Source: an uncultured bacterium
GTDB taxonomy: Bacteria > Desulfobacterota > Deferrimicrobia > Deferrimicrobiales > Deferrimicrobiaceae
Direction: 5' to 3'
Assembly (NCBI GenBank): GCA_963764045.1
Contig: CAVXQW010000007.1
Location: 67,595-131,594 of the forward strand
Length of the DNA stretch: 64,000 nucleotides
This document shows, piece after piece, positions 1-9,925 of this stretch (within the stretch, counting starts at the first letter, position 1; the number at the start of each line of letters is the position of its first letter). The position numbers were made by a program, and so were the translations under genes. The notes under the pieces are model-generated. The model saw only the letters and a list, made by a program, of their open reading frames with translations. It made no database searches and had not been told where the DNA came from.

Positions 1-77
1 TCTCGCCGTAACCCCTTCCATCGGAGTTCGTCTGCGGGCCTTTTACCGTTGCCTACCCGCCGGTCAATTCCGGGACG

Positions 78-1427
78 TCATGGCCCGATGCTGATCCAGT
101 AGGCCTCGATGCCACCCGGGGTGGTCGGGGTAGCGGCTACCGCGTACCCGCGAGCCTTCACATCGACATTATTGTCGATGAAGGTGCTGTCGAGTTGCTG
201 AGCGGGGTTCGCGAGATTGTCGTAGTACGCCGTGCTCCGCCCCGGTTTCGGATAGACCACGTTATCCGTTGCCATACGAAGGACGAACGTGTCGTCCGCG
301 CGCCAGCCGTTATCGACGACTCCCTCCTTCACATACGGGAAGGTGATGAAGACCTTGTCGGCACGGAACGTAAACGGAGTCACGGCTGTCTTGAATACGC
401 CGATCGCCTCCACAAACGCCCCGTCCCGGAGGGCGTCGATTCCGATCGTGTTGTCGACGGCCACGTCCCAGGCGGTCGGATCGAAGACATTGTCGTCGAA
501 GGCCCACTGCGTGAGGGGATGGTAGACGGTCGGGAACAGATTGGCCAAGGTCCGAATGTCGAAGGAGCGGATCGCGTGGTCCACGTTCTCGGCGGTCCCC
601 GTGATGCTGTACTTCACCGGGCGGGCCAATTCGGCGAACACCTGGGGCCGGATAATGATCTTTCCGCTCCCCGTCTCGTGAATCTTCAGCCCGAATATCC
701 GGATGGCCACGCAGTAGAGGCGGACGCCGTCCGCCGGATTCGGGGCGACAGGGATCACCAGGTAACCACGGTTGTCCACGTGAACGTCGTTGGCATCCCA
801 GGCGCTGGTTGCTTTGAAGTGGATGTCCAGGTGACCATTCGCGGTTCTGTGGGCAACCACCCCGTCGACCACAACCTGCTCGTAGTACACACGGATCTTG
901 TGGTAGACGCCGGCCGGGACCTCGATCTTGTTCAGGAACTTTGCGATCTCCGCGGCGGTCGGGGGATTGAGGAGGTCGAACACCACGGGCTCCGGGAAGG
1001 TGTACACGACGAACCTCGGGTTGAAATCGTTCTCGGGGCCATCGAACATCACCTCGCCGTCATCCAGCGGAGGGCGGAGGTCCGTGGGAGGCATCGTGTC
1101 CACCGGGATGAACGCAACCCCGGTCATGTAGACATACACGTGCCGGAACGAAGCGCGGGACGGCATCATCGCCGGAGCCGCCGCATCCGCCGGGCTCGTG
1201 CTGACCGGTGCCAGGAGGTTCGCGGGAATATCCGATACCGGCGGGGCCACGTCGGCGCCGCCCACCGTGACGTTCATCGAAACGGGCCCAGCGATCCCGA
1301 CCCCGGGGGTTCCCGAGGTGCCGGTCGACGAGGAACCGCCGCTGCCGCATGCGGCGAGGGCGGCCGAAATCATCAGGGCGATCATCAGGTAAGAGACGTT
1401 CCTGATCCCTCCAACAGTTGTTCTCAT
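78..1427 (-). CDS. secreted lipoprotein, DUF4382-like N-terminal part plus DUF5666-like C-terminal part (function unknown)
   Basis: ORF 78..1496. The internal Met at 1427 gives a signal peptide with lipobox LAAC. The segment FDLLNP...VPAGVYHKIRVYY resembles DUF4382 (from memory). Last gene of a 3-gene minus-strand operon. Confidence 0.6.
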   Translation of the reverse strand: MRTTVGGIRNVSYLMIALMISAALAACGSGGSSSTGTSGTPGVGIAGPVSMNVTVGGADVAPPVSDIPANLLAPVSTSPADAAAPAMMPSRASFRHVYVYMTGVAFIPVDTMPPTDLRPPLDDGEVMFDGPENDFNPRFVVYTFPEPVVFDLLNPPTAAEIAKFLNKIEVPAGVYHKIRVYYEQVVVDGVVAHRTANGHLDIHFKATSAWDANDVHVDNRGYLVIPVAPNPADGVRLYCVAIRIFGLKIHETGSGKIIIRPQVFAELARPVKYSITGTAENVDHAIRSFDIRTLANLFPTVYHPLTQWAFDDNVFDPTAWDVAVDNTIGIDALRDGAFVEAIGVFKTAVTPFTFRADKVFITFPYVKEGVVDNGWRADDTFVLRMATDNVVYPKPGRSTAYYDNLANPAQQLDSTFIDNNVDVKARGYAVAATPTTPGGIEAYWISIGP

Positions 1428-1514
1428 AGCACTTTCCTCCTGTATTGACGTCTTTTCCTTGCCGTTCCTGTGTTGCGTGCCTTCCATTCTCCGCATTGTT
1501 GTTATGCGGGTTAC

Positions 1515-2534
1515 CTACCGGAAAAGTACTTTGACGGCGGAGAGAACCCCGCCCGTTTCCGTGCCCCGGACCTGGACCCTCGCATTGGGCTGGATATCCG
1601 CTTCCGTGCCACCGAGGAAAACCGTGGCACTATTCGCCCGGACCGCCTTTCCTTCCAGTTCGAAGGAGAGGATGTCCCCGGAGCGGTTATCGACACGGGT
1701 CACCAGGCCGTCAAGGTCCACTGTTGCGCCTTCGGGGAAGACCGTTCTCGGGACGAACGGAGTGACGGTATCGGCCCTGATTTCTCCGCTTTCAGGCTGG
1801 CTGTCTCTGGTCACGACCTGCACATACATACCGTTGGTCGGCACGGCGGGAAGATCCCGGATCGCCCCCGGAGTATAGGACACGGTCACCGTGATGCCGG
1901 AGCCGTCGGGGAGGGGGCCGATTTCGAAGGTTCTGTCGGAGGGACGAGCGCCGGAGATGAATCCCATGATCCCGAATGTCTCGCCCGGGAGCGGGGCCGG
2001 CTGCATTGTTTCGACAAACGTTGCGCGGATGCGGCCGGAGGAATCGACGAAGCCGCTGACCTCCACGACGCTTCCCGGGGTCAGGGAGGCGAACAGCGTG
2101 GCGTTGTCCAGCATGATGGTATGGCCCAGGACCTGGATGGCGAGGTCGGGGGCGGATTCCATCGCCGTAATCGGTCCGACGAGGTTTGGCGCGTAATCGA
2201 TTTCGGCGGCGTTGTTGTCGCCGGGGGAGTGGCGAAGGGTCACGACCATGCCGACCTGAAACAGATCCCGGTCCCTCAGGGTGGTGCGGTCCTGGCCCCT
2301 CGCGATTTTTTTCGTCCGGAAACCGGGAGAGACCTCGTCATCGGTGCGGAAATGCACACCGTTCACGACGACGCTGCCGAACCCCGAGATCGAGCCCGTG
2401 CTGATCCCGGTCCCGCCGGTTCCCCCGCCGGAGAACTCGGAACCGCCGATCCCGCAGGTCGAGAGGGAAAATGCGACCGATGCGAGCAGCAGGATGCCGG
2501 CAAAGGCCCGGATCGAGCGCCACACGGGTATCAT
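1515..2534 (-). CDS. DUF5666-repeat lipoprotein (function unknown)
   Basis: ORF 1515..2648. The Met at 2534 gives a signal peptide with lipobox LSTC. Contains GFGSVVVNGVHF and repeated beta-rich modules. Its start overlaps the upstream gene stop (2531) by 4 nt (ATGA). Confidence 0.6.
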   Translation of the reverse strand: MIPVWRSIRAFAGILLLASVAFSLSTCGIGGSEFSGGGTGGTGISTGSISGFGSVVVNGVHFRTDDEVSPGFRTKKIARGQDRTTLRDRDLFQVGMVVTLRHSPGDNNAAEIDYAPNLVGPITAMESAPDLAIQVLGHTIMLDNATLFASLTPGSVVEVSGFVDSSGRIRATFVETMQPAPLPGETFGIMGFISGARPSDRTFEIGPLPDGSGITVTVSYTPGAIRDLPAVPTNGMYVQVVTRDSQPESGEIRADTVTPFVPRTVFPEGATVDLDGLVTRVDNRSGDILSFELEGKAVRANSATVFLGGTEADIQPNARVQVRGTETGGVLSAVKVLFR

Positions 2535-3358
2535 GCCTCCCCCTCCTCCCGGAAATTTTCCTGGAAATAGTAGATCCCGATCCCGGCCCTTTTTCTCCCC
2601 GTCCCGGGAACTCCGGGGTTGACGTCCCGGTCCCGGCGACTCATCCACCGGTCCATGGATTCCAGCAGCGATTGCCCTCGAGCTGCCGCCTTCTTTTCCA
2701 GTTCAGGGAGAACCTCCAGCGGGAGGTTGTCGTAACAGACCTTTCTCTGGAATAACGGGGTGTCCGGTTGACGGATATTGTGGTCGATGGTCGCGATCAG
2801 GTCCGACACGTCGACGCCGAGAATGCCGATCTTGTCGATTTCGCCGGTCTTCGGGACGTACGACCGGTCGAGCAGCCGGATCTTTCCGTCCGGAATCCGT
2901 TGGACGGCCCCCACTCTCAGCAATTCGTCGAGTACGGCCCGGGCGGGGGCATCCCCGCTGTACGTCTTGACAAGTTTCCGGAAGGAGACGGCAGCCCCTT
3001 CGAACGGAAGCTCGGTCGGGTTTCCCGTGCCGTCGCGGAATCGGCGGTCCCGGACCCAACCGGCGATCACACGAGCGGCGCGGTTGTACCGCGCGCCGGC
3101 ACCCAGATCGTCCGTGGCAGGGAGGCGCCTCACGCGCAGCACCTCTTTCCGGGAGAGGCCGGTGAGGATGGAAACCCGGGACTTGGACTGTTTCCGTCCG
3201 GGGATGCAGAATTCCTCCGTGGCCACGTCGACGTAGACACGCTTCGCGATATCGGAAAACGTCCGGTAGGGGATGCCGTTCCTCAGGAGTAACCGGACAA
3301 GAGGGCGGAGGATGTTCGTGACGGCCCCGGAGATGGCCTTCGCGGTCCTTGTTTCCAT
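2531..3358 (-). CDS. putative helix-turn-helix regulator, DUF6502-like
   Basis: 275-aa [20 protein letters not shown] looks like an HTH. First gene of the operon with the two lipoprotein genes. Family name is from memory only. Confidence 0.5.
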   Translation of the reverse strand: METRTAKAISGAVTNILRPLVRLLLRNGIPYRTFSDIAKRVYVDVATEEFCIPGRKQSKSRVSILTGLSRKEVLRVRRLPATDDLGAGARYNRAARVIAGWVRDRRFRDGTGNPTELPFEGAAVSFRKLVKTYSGDAPARAVLDELLRVGAVQRIPDGKIRLLDRSYVPKTGEIDKIGILGVDVSDLIATIDHNIRQPDTPLFQRKVCYDNLPLEVLPELEKKAAARGQSLLESMDRWMSRRDRDVNPGVPGTGRKRAGIGIYYFQENFREEGEA

Positions 3359-3359
3359 A

Positions 3360-3394
3360 TTGGGAAAATTATCCCAAATTTATCGTCCTGTCAA
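3360..3394 (-). promoter_or_regulatory. sigma-70-like promoter with overlapping inverted repeat, upstream of the DUF6502-like gene
   Basis: On the minus strand: TTGACA (3394..3389), 15-nt spacer, GATAAT (3373..3368), then 9 nt to the ATG at 3358. The inverted repeat TTGGGA-N6-TCCCAA (3360..3377) spans the -10 element. No Shine-Dalgarno sequence. Confidence 0.35.
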
Positions 3395-3452
3395 TTTCCA
3401 CTTCCGTTCGCCGCCCAACCCTATGCGCGTTTTCGGAGGGATCTTTGGTATC

Positions 3453-4704
3453 ATGACCCCCATGAAAACGCACCTGCCGCAGGGCTCCGTCGGTTTCGTC
3501 GAGACGAAGAAGTTCACCTTCGCCGCGCCGCCCCACGAGATGCCCATGGATATCGGGGGAAAGCTCGGGCCGATCACGCTCGCCTACGAGACGTACGGGA
3601 AGCTGAACCGCGAGAAGAGCAACGCCGTCCTCGTGCAGCACGCCTTTTCCGGAAGCGCCCACGCGGCCGGATTTCCTTCCGGGGCAGGACCCCTCGAAGG
3701 AGAAGCCGGGGTGGTGGGACTTCCTGATCGGCCCGGGCCGCGCGCTGGACACGGAGAAATATTTCGTCATCTGCTCGAACGTGATCGGATCGTGCTACGG
3801 CAGCACGGGACCGTCCTCGGTCGACCCGACAACGGGGAGGCCGTACGGTCTGTCGTTCCCCGTGGTGACGATCGGCGACATGGTGCGTGCGCAGGCCCAT
3901 CTTCTCGATCACCTCGGCATCGAGCGGCTGCTGTCGGTCATCGGCGGGTCGATGGGGGGGATGCAGGCGCTCCAGTGGGCGGTCGACTACCCGGACCGCG
4001 TCGCGTCGGCCATCCCGATCGCGACGACCTCGCGCCACTCGCCGCAGCAGATCGCGTTCAACCACGTCGGCCGGGCGGCGATCCTCGCCGACCCCGAGTT
4101 CCACGAGGGCGACTACTACGGATGGAGGACCGTCCCGGAGCGAGGCTTGTCCGTGGCGCGGATGGTCGGGTTCATCACCTACCTCTCGGACCGGAAGATG
4201 CACGAGAAGTTCGGCCGGATGAAGCAGCTCACCGCGGCGAAGGGAAGCGGGCGGCAGGGGAAGTGGGCCGAGGGGACGATCGGCCAGCACTCCGCCGTCG
4301 AATTCTCGGTGGAAGGGTACCTGAAGCACCAGGGGGACATCTTCGTCTTCGACCGCCGGTTCGACGCCAACTCGTACCTGTGCATCACGAAGGCGATCGA
4401 CATCTTCGACCTCTCCGGGGCCTCGGGGCGATTGGCGAAGGCGTTCGAGAACGTGACGTCGAAGTTCCTGATCATCTCCTTCGACACGGACTGGCTTTAT
4501 CCGACGTACCAGTCGCAGGAGATCCGCAACGCGATCCTTCAGAACGGTCTCGCCGTTGCGTGCCTCGAACTTTCGACGATCCATGGGCACGACGCGTTCC
4601 TCATCGAAAACGAGAAGCCCCCCGAAGGGGGGAAGCCCGGGGTGAAGAACAAGATGACCCAGGTGGTCCGGGATTTCCTCGGAAATGTCGCGGCGCGGCC
4701 GTGA
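3453..4704 (+). CDS. metX: homoserine O-acetyltransferase, apparent 1-nt frameshift
   Basis: The N-terminus is in ORF 3273..4730 ([14 protein letters not shown]...[11 protein letters not shown]). The rest is in ORF 3781..4704 ([12 protein letters not shown]..., [12 protein letters not shown]). The frames join at the GGGG run 3681..3684. Confidence 0.85.
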
Positions 4705-4729
4705 TGATCGTGGCGAAAAGGGGGTCGTG

Positions 4730-5614
4730 ATGCCGAAAAAGAACCTTCTCCCGTTCCTGGTCGTCCTTCTGGCGGCAGGCCTCTCCGCCTGCTCGGTGAT
4801 GCAGTCCACCTACCAGAAGAAGGTGGACGAGGCGGATGCGCTGACGCAGCGCCTCGCCGTGCTGCAGAAGAAAAACGACGACCTCATTGCCGAGAATGCC
4901 GTGCTCAAGGCCGACCTGGCGAGGATGACGCTCCAGAATGAAAAACTGACCACCGACCTGTCCTACGTCACCGACCAGCGGGACAAGGCCGTCTCGGACA
5001 AGGAGGAGCTCGACAGGATCCTCCAGTCGAAATCCGACACCCTCTCGCAGTCCATCTCCGAGCTGCGCAGAAAGGTCGCCGACCTCGATACGGAAAACAC
5101 GAGGCTCAAGGCGGAGAACGCGAGCCTGGTGAAAGCAAAGGAGGAGCAGGTCAAGAAAGTGAGCACGACCTACGAGAGCCTGCTCGAGAAGATGAAATCG
5201 GAGATCTCTCAAGGGCAGGTGACGATCTCGGAGCTCAAGGGGAAGCTGACCGTCAACATGATCGACTCGATCCTCTTCGACTCGGGGAAGGCCGAGGTCA
5301 AGAAGGGCGGGCTCGAAATCCTCGGAAAGGTCGTCTCGATCCTGAAGGACGTGAACGACAAGTCGATCCGCATCGAAGGGCACACGGACAACGTGCAGAT
5401 CAGCCGCGCCCTCGCATCGCGGTATCCGACGAACTGGGAACTCTCCGCGGCGCGGGCGATCAACGTTACACGGTACCTGCAGGGCCAGGGGGTCGATCCC
5501 GCGAACCTCTCGGCCGTCGCCTACGGGGAGTGGAAGCCGGTCGCCGGGAACGACACGGAAGAGGGAAGGGCGAAGAACCGGAGGATCGAGATCATCCTTG
5601 TGCCGAAGGAGTAG
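4730..5614 (+). CDS. OmpA/MotB-domain lipoprotein with coiled-coil region
   Basis: ORF 4685..5614. The Met at 4730 gives a signal peptide with lipobox LSAC. A heptad-like middle region is followed by a C-terminal IRIEGHTDN...NRRIEI OmpA-type motif. Confidence 0.8.
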   Translation: MPKKNLLPFLVVLLAAGLSACSVMQSTYQKKVDEADALTQRLAVLQKKNDDLIAENAVLKADLARMTLQNEKLTTDLSYVTDQRDKAVSDKEELDRILQSKSDTLSQSISELRRKVADLDTENTRLKAENASLVKAKEEQVKKVSTTYESLLEKMKSEISQGQVTISELKGKLTVNMIDSILFDSGKAEVKKGGLEILGKVVSILKDVNDKSIRIEGHTDNVQISRALASRYPTNWELSAARAINVTRYLQGQGVDPANLSAVAYGEWKPVAGNDTEEGRAKNRRIEIILVPKE

Positions 5615-5629
5615 GAGCCCCGTGAGGTT

Positions 5630-6826
5630 ATGCGGATGATCCGGAAGGCGCTTCTGCTGAAGTTCCTCGACGCCGCCTACATGCAGCGGTGGAACGACAA
5701 GATCCGGCCGGTCGAGCTGATCGAGCTCGACAAGCAGGCGCACAAGATGATCGTCGCCTGGTTCCTCGCGCGGGTCGAGGAGGATCGCGGAACGCCGATC
5801 AACTGGCCGCGGCTTATCGAGGGAGGGATTTTCGAGCTATTCCAGCGGATCGTGATCACCGACCTGAAGCCGCAGATCTTCTACAAGATCAAGGCCGACA
5901 CGAAGAAGTACCGGCAGTTGAACGAGTGGGTGTACGGGGAGCTGCGGCCCCTGATCTCGCCCCTGGGGAAGGCGTTCTGCCGGCGGTACCAGGACCACTT
6001 TCTCGAACCGGAGGACTCGGTGGAGCGGCGGATCCTCACCGCCGCCCACTTCTACGCGACCCGGTGGGAGTTCCTGATCGTCGAGCGGGCGAATCCCGGC
6101 GGGTACGAGATCGCCGAGATCCGCGCGGATCTCGACGCGAAGATCGCCGGATTCCACGACCTGGAGGGGATGGCGCTCCTCGCCTCGGAGCGCCGCTTCC
6201 GGAACTTCATCGACCTGTGCGGCCAGCTGCGATTCCAGTCCCGTTGGGCGCACCTCCACCGGATCCCGAAGACCTCCGTTCTCGGCCACTCCCTCTACGT
6301 CGCGATCCTCTCGTACCTGTTCTCCCTGGAGATCAAGGCGTGCCCGCGCCGGTGCGTCAACAACTACATCACCGGACTGTTCCACGACCTGCCGGAAGTG
6401 CTCACCCGCGACATCATCTCCCCCGTGAAGCGTTCCGTGGAAGGGTTGAGCGAGCTGATCAAGGGGTATGAGAAGGAGCGGATGGACCAGGAGGTCTACG
6501 TGCTGCTGCCCGAGCGGTGGCACGCCGAGTTCGAGATGTTCTCCGAGCGGGAGTTCGAGAACTTCGCCACGGTGAACGGGGTTCTCACCACGGTGTCGGC
6601 CGCCGACCTGCAGGGGAAGTACAACGAGGACGTCTACAACCCGAAGGACGGGGAGCTGGTCAAGCGCGCCGACCACCTCGCCGCCTTCGTCGAGGCGTAC
6701 GCGGGGCTCCGCAACGGCAGCACCAGCCAGGATCTGCAGTACGCGCGGGTCAAGATCGGATCCCAGGAGCAGCAGGCCCAGTACGCCGGGCTGCACTTCG
6801 GCGAGATCTACTCCGACTTCGACTGA
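5630..6826 (+). CDS. HD-domain metal-dependent phosphohydrolase
   Basis: 398-aa ORF. An H...HD pattern (LGHSLY ... GLFHDLPEVLTRD) is present. There is no GYP motif, so it is not HD-GYP. Confidence 0.7.
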   Translation: MRMIRKALLLKFLDAAYMQRWNDKIRPVELIELDKQAHKMIVAWFLARVEEDRGTPINWPRLIEGGIFELFQRIVITDLKPQIFYKIKADTKKYRQLNEWVYGELRPLISPLGKAFCRRYQDHFLEPEDSVERRILTAAHFYATRWEFLIVERANPGGYEIAEIRADLDAKIAGFHDLEGMALLASERRFRNFIDLCGQLRFQSRWAHLHRIPKTSVLGHSLYVAILSYLFSLEIKACPRRCVNNYITGLFHDLPEVLTRDIISPVKRSVEGLSELIKGYEKERMDQEVYVLLPERWHAEFEMFSEREFENFATVNGVLTTVSAADLQGKYNEDVYNPKDGELVKRADHLAAFVEAYAGLRNGSTSQDLQYARVKIGSQEQQAQYAGLHFGEIYSDFD

Positions 6827-6842
6827 GCGCGCCGTTTCATTC

Positions 6843-6956
6843 GTCCGGCGAAGTTGCCGCAGGAGGCGGGGCGGAGTGAGGTAAAGCGCAGCCGTGCAGG
6901 TTCATCGCACGGCGAGCCACGAACGGAGCCCCGTCCTCCGAGGCGACGCAGCCGAA
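6843..6956 (+). repeat. 114-bp intergenic repeat, copy A (Y-module)
   Basis: Roughly 90 percent identical by eye to 18131..18244. Central hairpin GCCGTGC-N9-GCACGGC. The ~30-nt ends are imperfectly complementary. Lies between convergent genes. Confidence 0.8.
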
Positions 6957-8131
6957 TTAAGGGGTGCGACGCTTACGGGCGTCGAGCCGGCGGAAATACT
7001 CCTCGCGGCACCGGTTCTCCACGTCCACCATCGAGCGGAACGCCTCTTCGAACCCGTCCCTCCCGATCGCGAAGACGCCGTGGCCGTAGACGATCGCCTT
7101 TCCCGGTCCGCCGATCACCGGGGGGACGCGCGTCGCCAGCCCCCCCGCGCCGATCTCCCCGGCCACAATGGGGGTGTCCCCGAGCATCCGGACGCTGGGG
7201 CAATCCTTCCAGCAATCCTTCACCGGGCAATCCTTTTCCTCGCACAGCATGCTCATCGCGACGGCGAACTTCGGGTGGCCGTGCAGGATGGCGTGCGCGC
7301 CGGTCGCTTCGTAGATGCGCCGGTGGGCGAGCAGTTCGCTGGAGGCGGTGATCCCGGTCGTGGACCGGTTGTCCGTCGGGACCGGGTCGACGCACCCGGC
7401 GAGCTCGTCGAGGGACGCCGCGGTCTGGGAGATGAAGATCGTATCGCCGACCCGGCAGGAGATGTTCCCGAAGAAGGAATCGACCAGCCCCCGCTCGACG
7501 GTGTACCGGCCGGCCGCGCAAATCTCGGAAAGGACCTCGTCGGGATCGTCGAGAGGACCGGCGCGGAAGGAGAGCCCCTCCGCCGTCAGGGGCCGGAGGA
7601 ACGTCTCCCGGAACGCGCGGAATGCCTCCTCTTCCCCCGGGAGGACGAAGCCCGCCTGCAGCGCATCCAGCAGGTACTTGACGAAGGCGGCATGGAAGAC
7701 GGAGGAGTAGTGGATGTACGCCTGCTCGAGCGTCACCGGCCCCGACGCGACGATCCCCACGCCTTCGACGATCACCCCTTTCCGGTTCGAAAGGTGCGCG
7801 GCGATCGCGCGCGCGGGATCGCCCGCGAGCTCCTCCCGCCGAACGATCGGGATGTCGTGAAGGAACGTCCGCGTCTCCGTGTCGAGGGGGACGATCGTTT
7901 CCGCGTCGGCGTCCGCCCTGCGAAGAAGGATCTCCGCGAAGGGAAGGGAGGGCGACGCGGCGACGACCCCAGGCACGACAGGCGCGACAGGACGTCGGCG
8001 GCCAGGCGCGACAGGTCGGGGGCGCCTTCGGAGAGCATCACGTCGTCCTGGGCGGCGATCCCCACGCGCCCCTGGGCGACCGAGCGGTCCCGTTGCAGCT
8101 TTCCCGCGTATTTCGCGATCAGGGATCTCAC
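6957..8131 (-). CDS. class II aldolase/adducin-domain protein with N-terminal extension and Cys-rich insert; apparent frameshift
   Basis: The C-terminal part is in ORF 6957..8186 (ILHGHPKFAVAMS, YGHGVFAIG). The N-terminus VRSLIAKYAGKL... is in the frame of ORF 7772..8836. The join is near 7965. The GTG start at 8131 overlaps the AOR stop (GTGA). Confidence 0.7.
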
Positions 8132-9864
8132 GGCTGCCGCTCGAGGAATCCGTCGTCGGGGAAGGAGCCGTCGTCCCGGAGCCCACGGATCCGGTAATAC
8201 TTCGTCAGCTCCTCCCCGAACCGGGCGCGGTCGATCGGGGGGACGTCGATCCCCTCGCCTTCGGTGCCCGCCTCGGTGAAGAAGCGGGCCGGCAAGTCGT
8301 CGTCCGCCCGCGTGAAGCCGTTCACCGCGTTGTAGAAGCGCTCCGTGAGCCAGACCCGTTCCCCGATCTCCTTGAGCGACTGCGGAGTGTGGTGCTCCCC
8401 GGTCGCCCCCGCGAGAAGTTCGGCGTACTCCTCGAGCGACGCGCCGAAGAAGGCGAACTTGCACGCCACGAGGGAGTCCACCGCCGCGTTCGCGTCCTCC
8501 GCGATCTTGATCATCCGCGCCTTCCCCGAGAAGGAGAACCGGTCCGACGCCACGGGCTTGCGAAGGATCTCGTGGGAGATCGGATACGCCCGCAGATGGC
8601 ATCCGCCCCGGTTGCTGGTGACGTAGGCCAACGCCATCCCGTAAGCCCCGCGTGGGTCGTAGGCGGGCAGCTCCAGCGACTTGACCGACATCGAGACCCC
8701 CGGTTTCCCGAGGGCCTCCGCCATCCGCCGGGACCCCTCCGCGAGCAGGTCCCCCTCGCCCCGCCGGTGGGCGATGTCGTGGAGAAGCGGCCCGACCTCT
8801 TCCGGGGAGGGGAACCGCCCCCGTGCCTCGCCCCACGCGGAAAGGGTGGCGGCGGCGGAGATCGTGTCCATCCCGAGGTCGTTGCAGGCGTCGTTCGAGC
8901 GGACGATCGCGTGGAGATCGGCGATGGCGTTCAACGCCCCGAAGTGCGAAACCGTTTCATACTCCGGCAAGGGGCGTCCGTCGGACGCGCGCTTCTTGCA
9001 ACGGATCGGGCAGCCGAAACAGCCCTCCTTTTTCGCGCCGTACGCGGCGCGGATCGCCGGGCCGGAATAGGCGGAGGAAGCGTCGAATACGGTATGGCGG
9101 AAGTTCTCCGTGGGAGCCATCCGCCGCTGGCGCATGAGGTCGACCAGCGCGGGGGTCCCATACTCGGAGATCCCGAGCTCCCCGAAGATCACGGGGGAGG
9201 CGCGGAACAGGCGCATCACGTCGGCGCGCGCCCGGTCGAACCGCTCCCGGTCGGCCATCGGCACGCTGCGATCGCCGTTCACCGTCACGGCCTTGAGGTT
9301 CTTCTTTCCAAGGACGGCGCCGAGACCGCCGCGTCCCACCGCGTTTCCCTCGCCCATCATGATGCTGGAGAAGAGGACCCCGTTTTCCCCGGCGGGGCCG
9401 ATGGCGGCGACGCTTCCGCGGTCCGACAGGGCGCCCACCGTCTCTCCGACGCCCTTCGACCACAGCGCATCGGCCGGAAGCAGCTCCTCCCCGGCGGAGG
9501 TGACGGCGAGCACGACAGGACGGGGGCTTTCCCCCTCGACGAGGATCGCGAGGAGTCCCGCGGCACGGAGGCGCCACGCGAACCGGCCCCCCGCGGAGCA
9601 GTCGTACACGGTCCCGGTCAGCGGGGAGCGGGAGATCACGGAGAGGCGCGCGGACGTCGGCGCCGGGGTCCCGCACAGGGGGCCGACGGCGAAGACGATC
9701 GGCATCTCCGGGTCGAACGGGGAAAGGGTGTGGCGCCCGCGGAGCAGGCGCACGCCGAGACCGCGTCCCCCGAGGTACGCCCGGAGGAACTCCGGGGGGA
9801 TCTCCTCCCTCCGCATCCGCCCGGAGGAGAGGTCGACGACGAGCATATGTTCAGGCGGTGGCAT
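8128..9864 (-). CDS. aldehyde:ferredoxin oxidoreductase family (tungstopterin) enzyme
   Basis: Intact 578-aa ORF. Contains an AOR N-terminal domain, CFGCPIRC cluster cysteines and NRGGCHLRAY. Confidence 0.9.
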   Translation of the reverse strand: MPPPEHMLVVDLSSGRMRREEIPPEFLRAYLGGRGLGVRLLRGRHTLSPFDPEMPIVFAVGPLCGTPAPTSARLSVISRSPLTGTVYDCSAGGRFAWRLRAAGLLAILVEGESPRPVVLAVTSAGEELLPADALWSKGVGETVGALSDRGSVAAIGPAGENGVLFSSIMMGEGNAVGRGGLGAVLGKKNLKAVTVNGDRSVPMADRERFDRARADVMRLFRASPVIFGELGISEYGTPALVDLMRQRRMAPTENFRHTVFDASSAYSGPAIRAAYGAKKEGCFGCPIRCKKRASDGRPLPEYETVSHFGALNAIADLHAIVRSNDACNDLGMDTISAAATLSAWGEARGRFPSPEEVGPLLHDIAHRRGEGDLLAEGSRRMAEALGKPGVSMSVKSLELPAYDPRGAYGMALAYVTSNRGGCHLRAYPISHEILRKPVASDRFSFSGKARMIKIAEDANAAVDSLVACKFAFFGASLEEYAELLAGATGEHHTPQSLKEIGERVWLTERFYNAVNGFTRADDDLPARFFTEAGTEGEGIDVPPIDRARFGEELTKYYRIRGLRDDGSFPDDGFLERQP

Positions 9865-9925
9865 GCGATCTATTGTACCGTGGCGACCACCACGCGGAGT
9901 TGCGGAGGTGGTGCGGGCGCCAATG

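Noticed and set aside
3359-3452. SAM or other riboswitch in the metX leader
   Set aside because: The leader is under 100 nt, and I could not find the conserved SAM-I or SAM-II helices or core motifs. It is better explained as a divergent promoter region.
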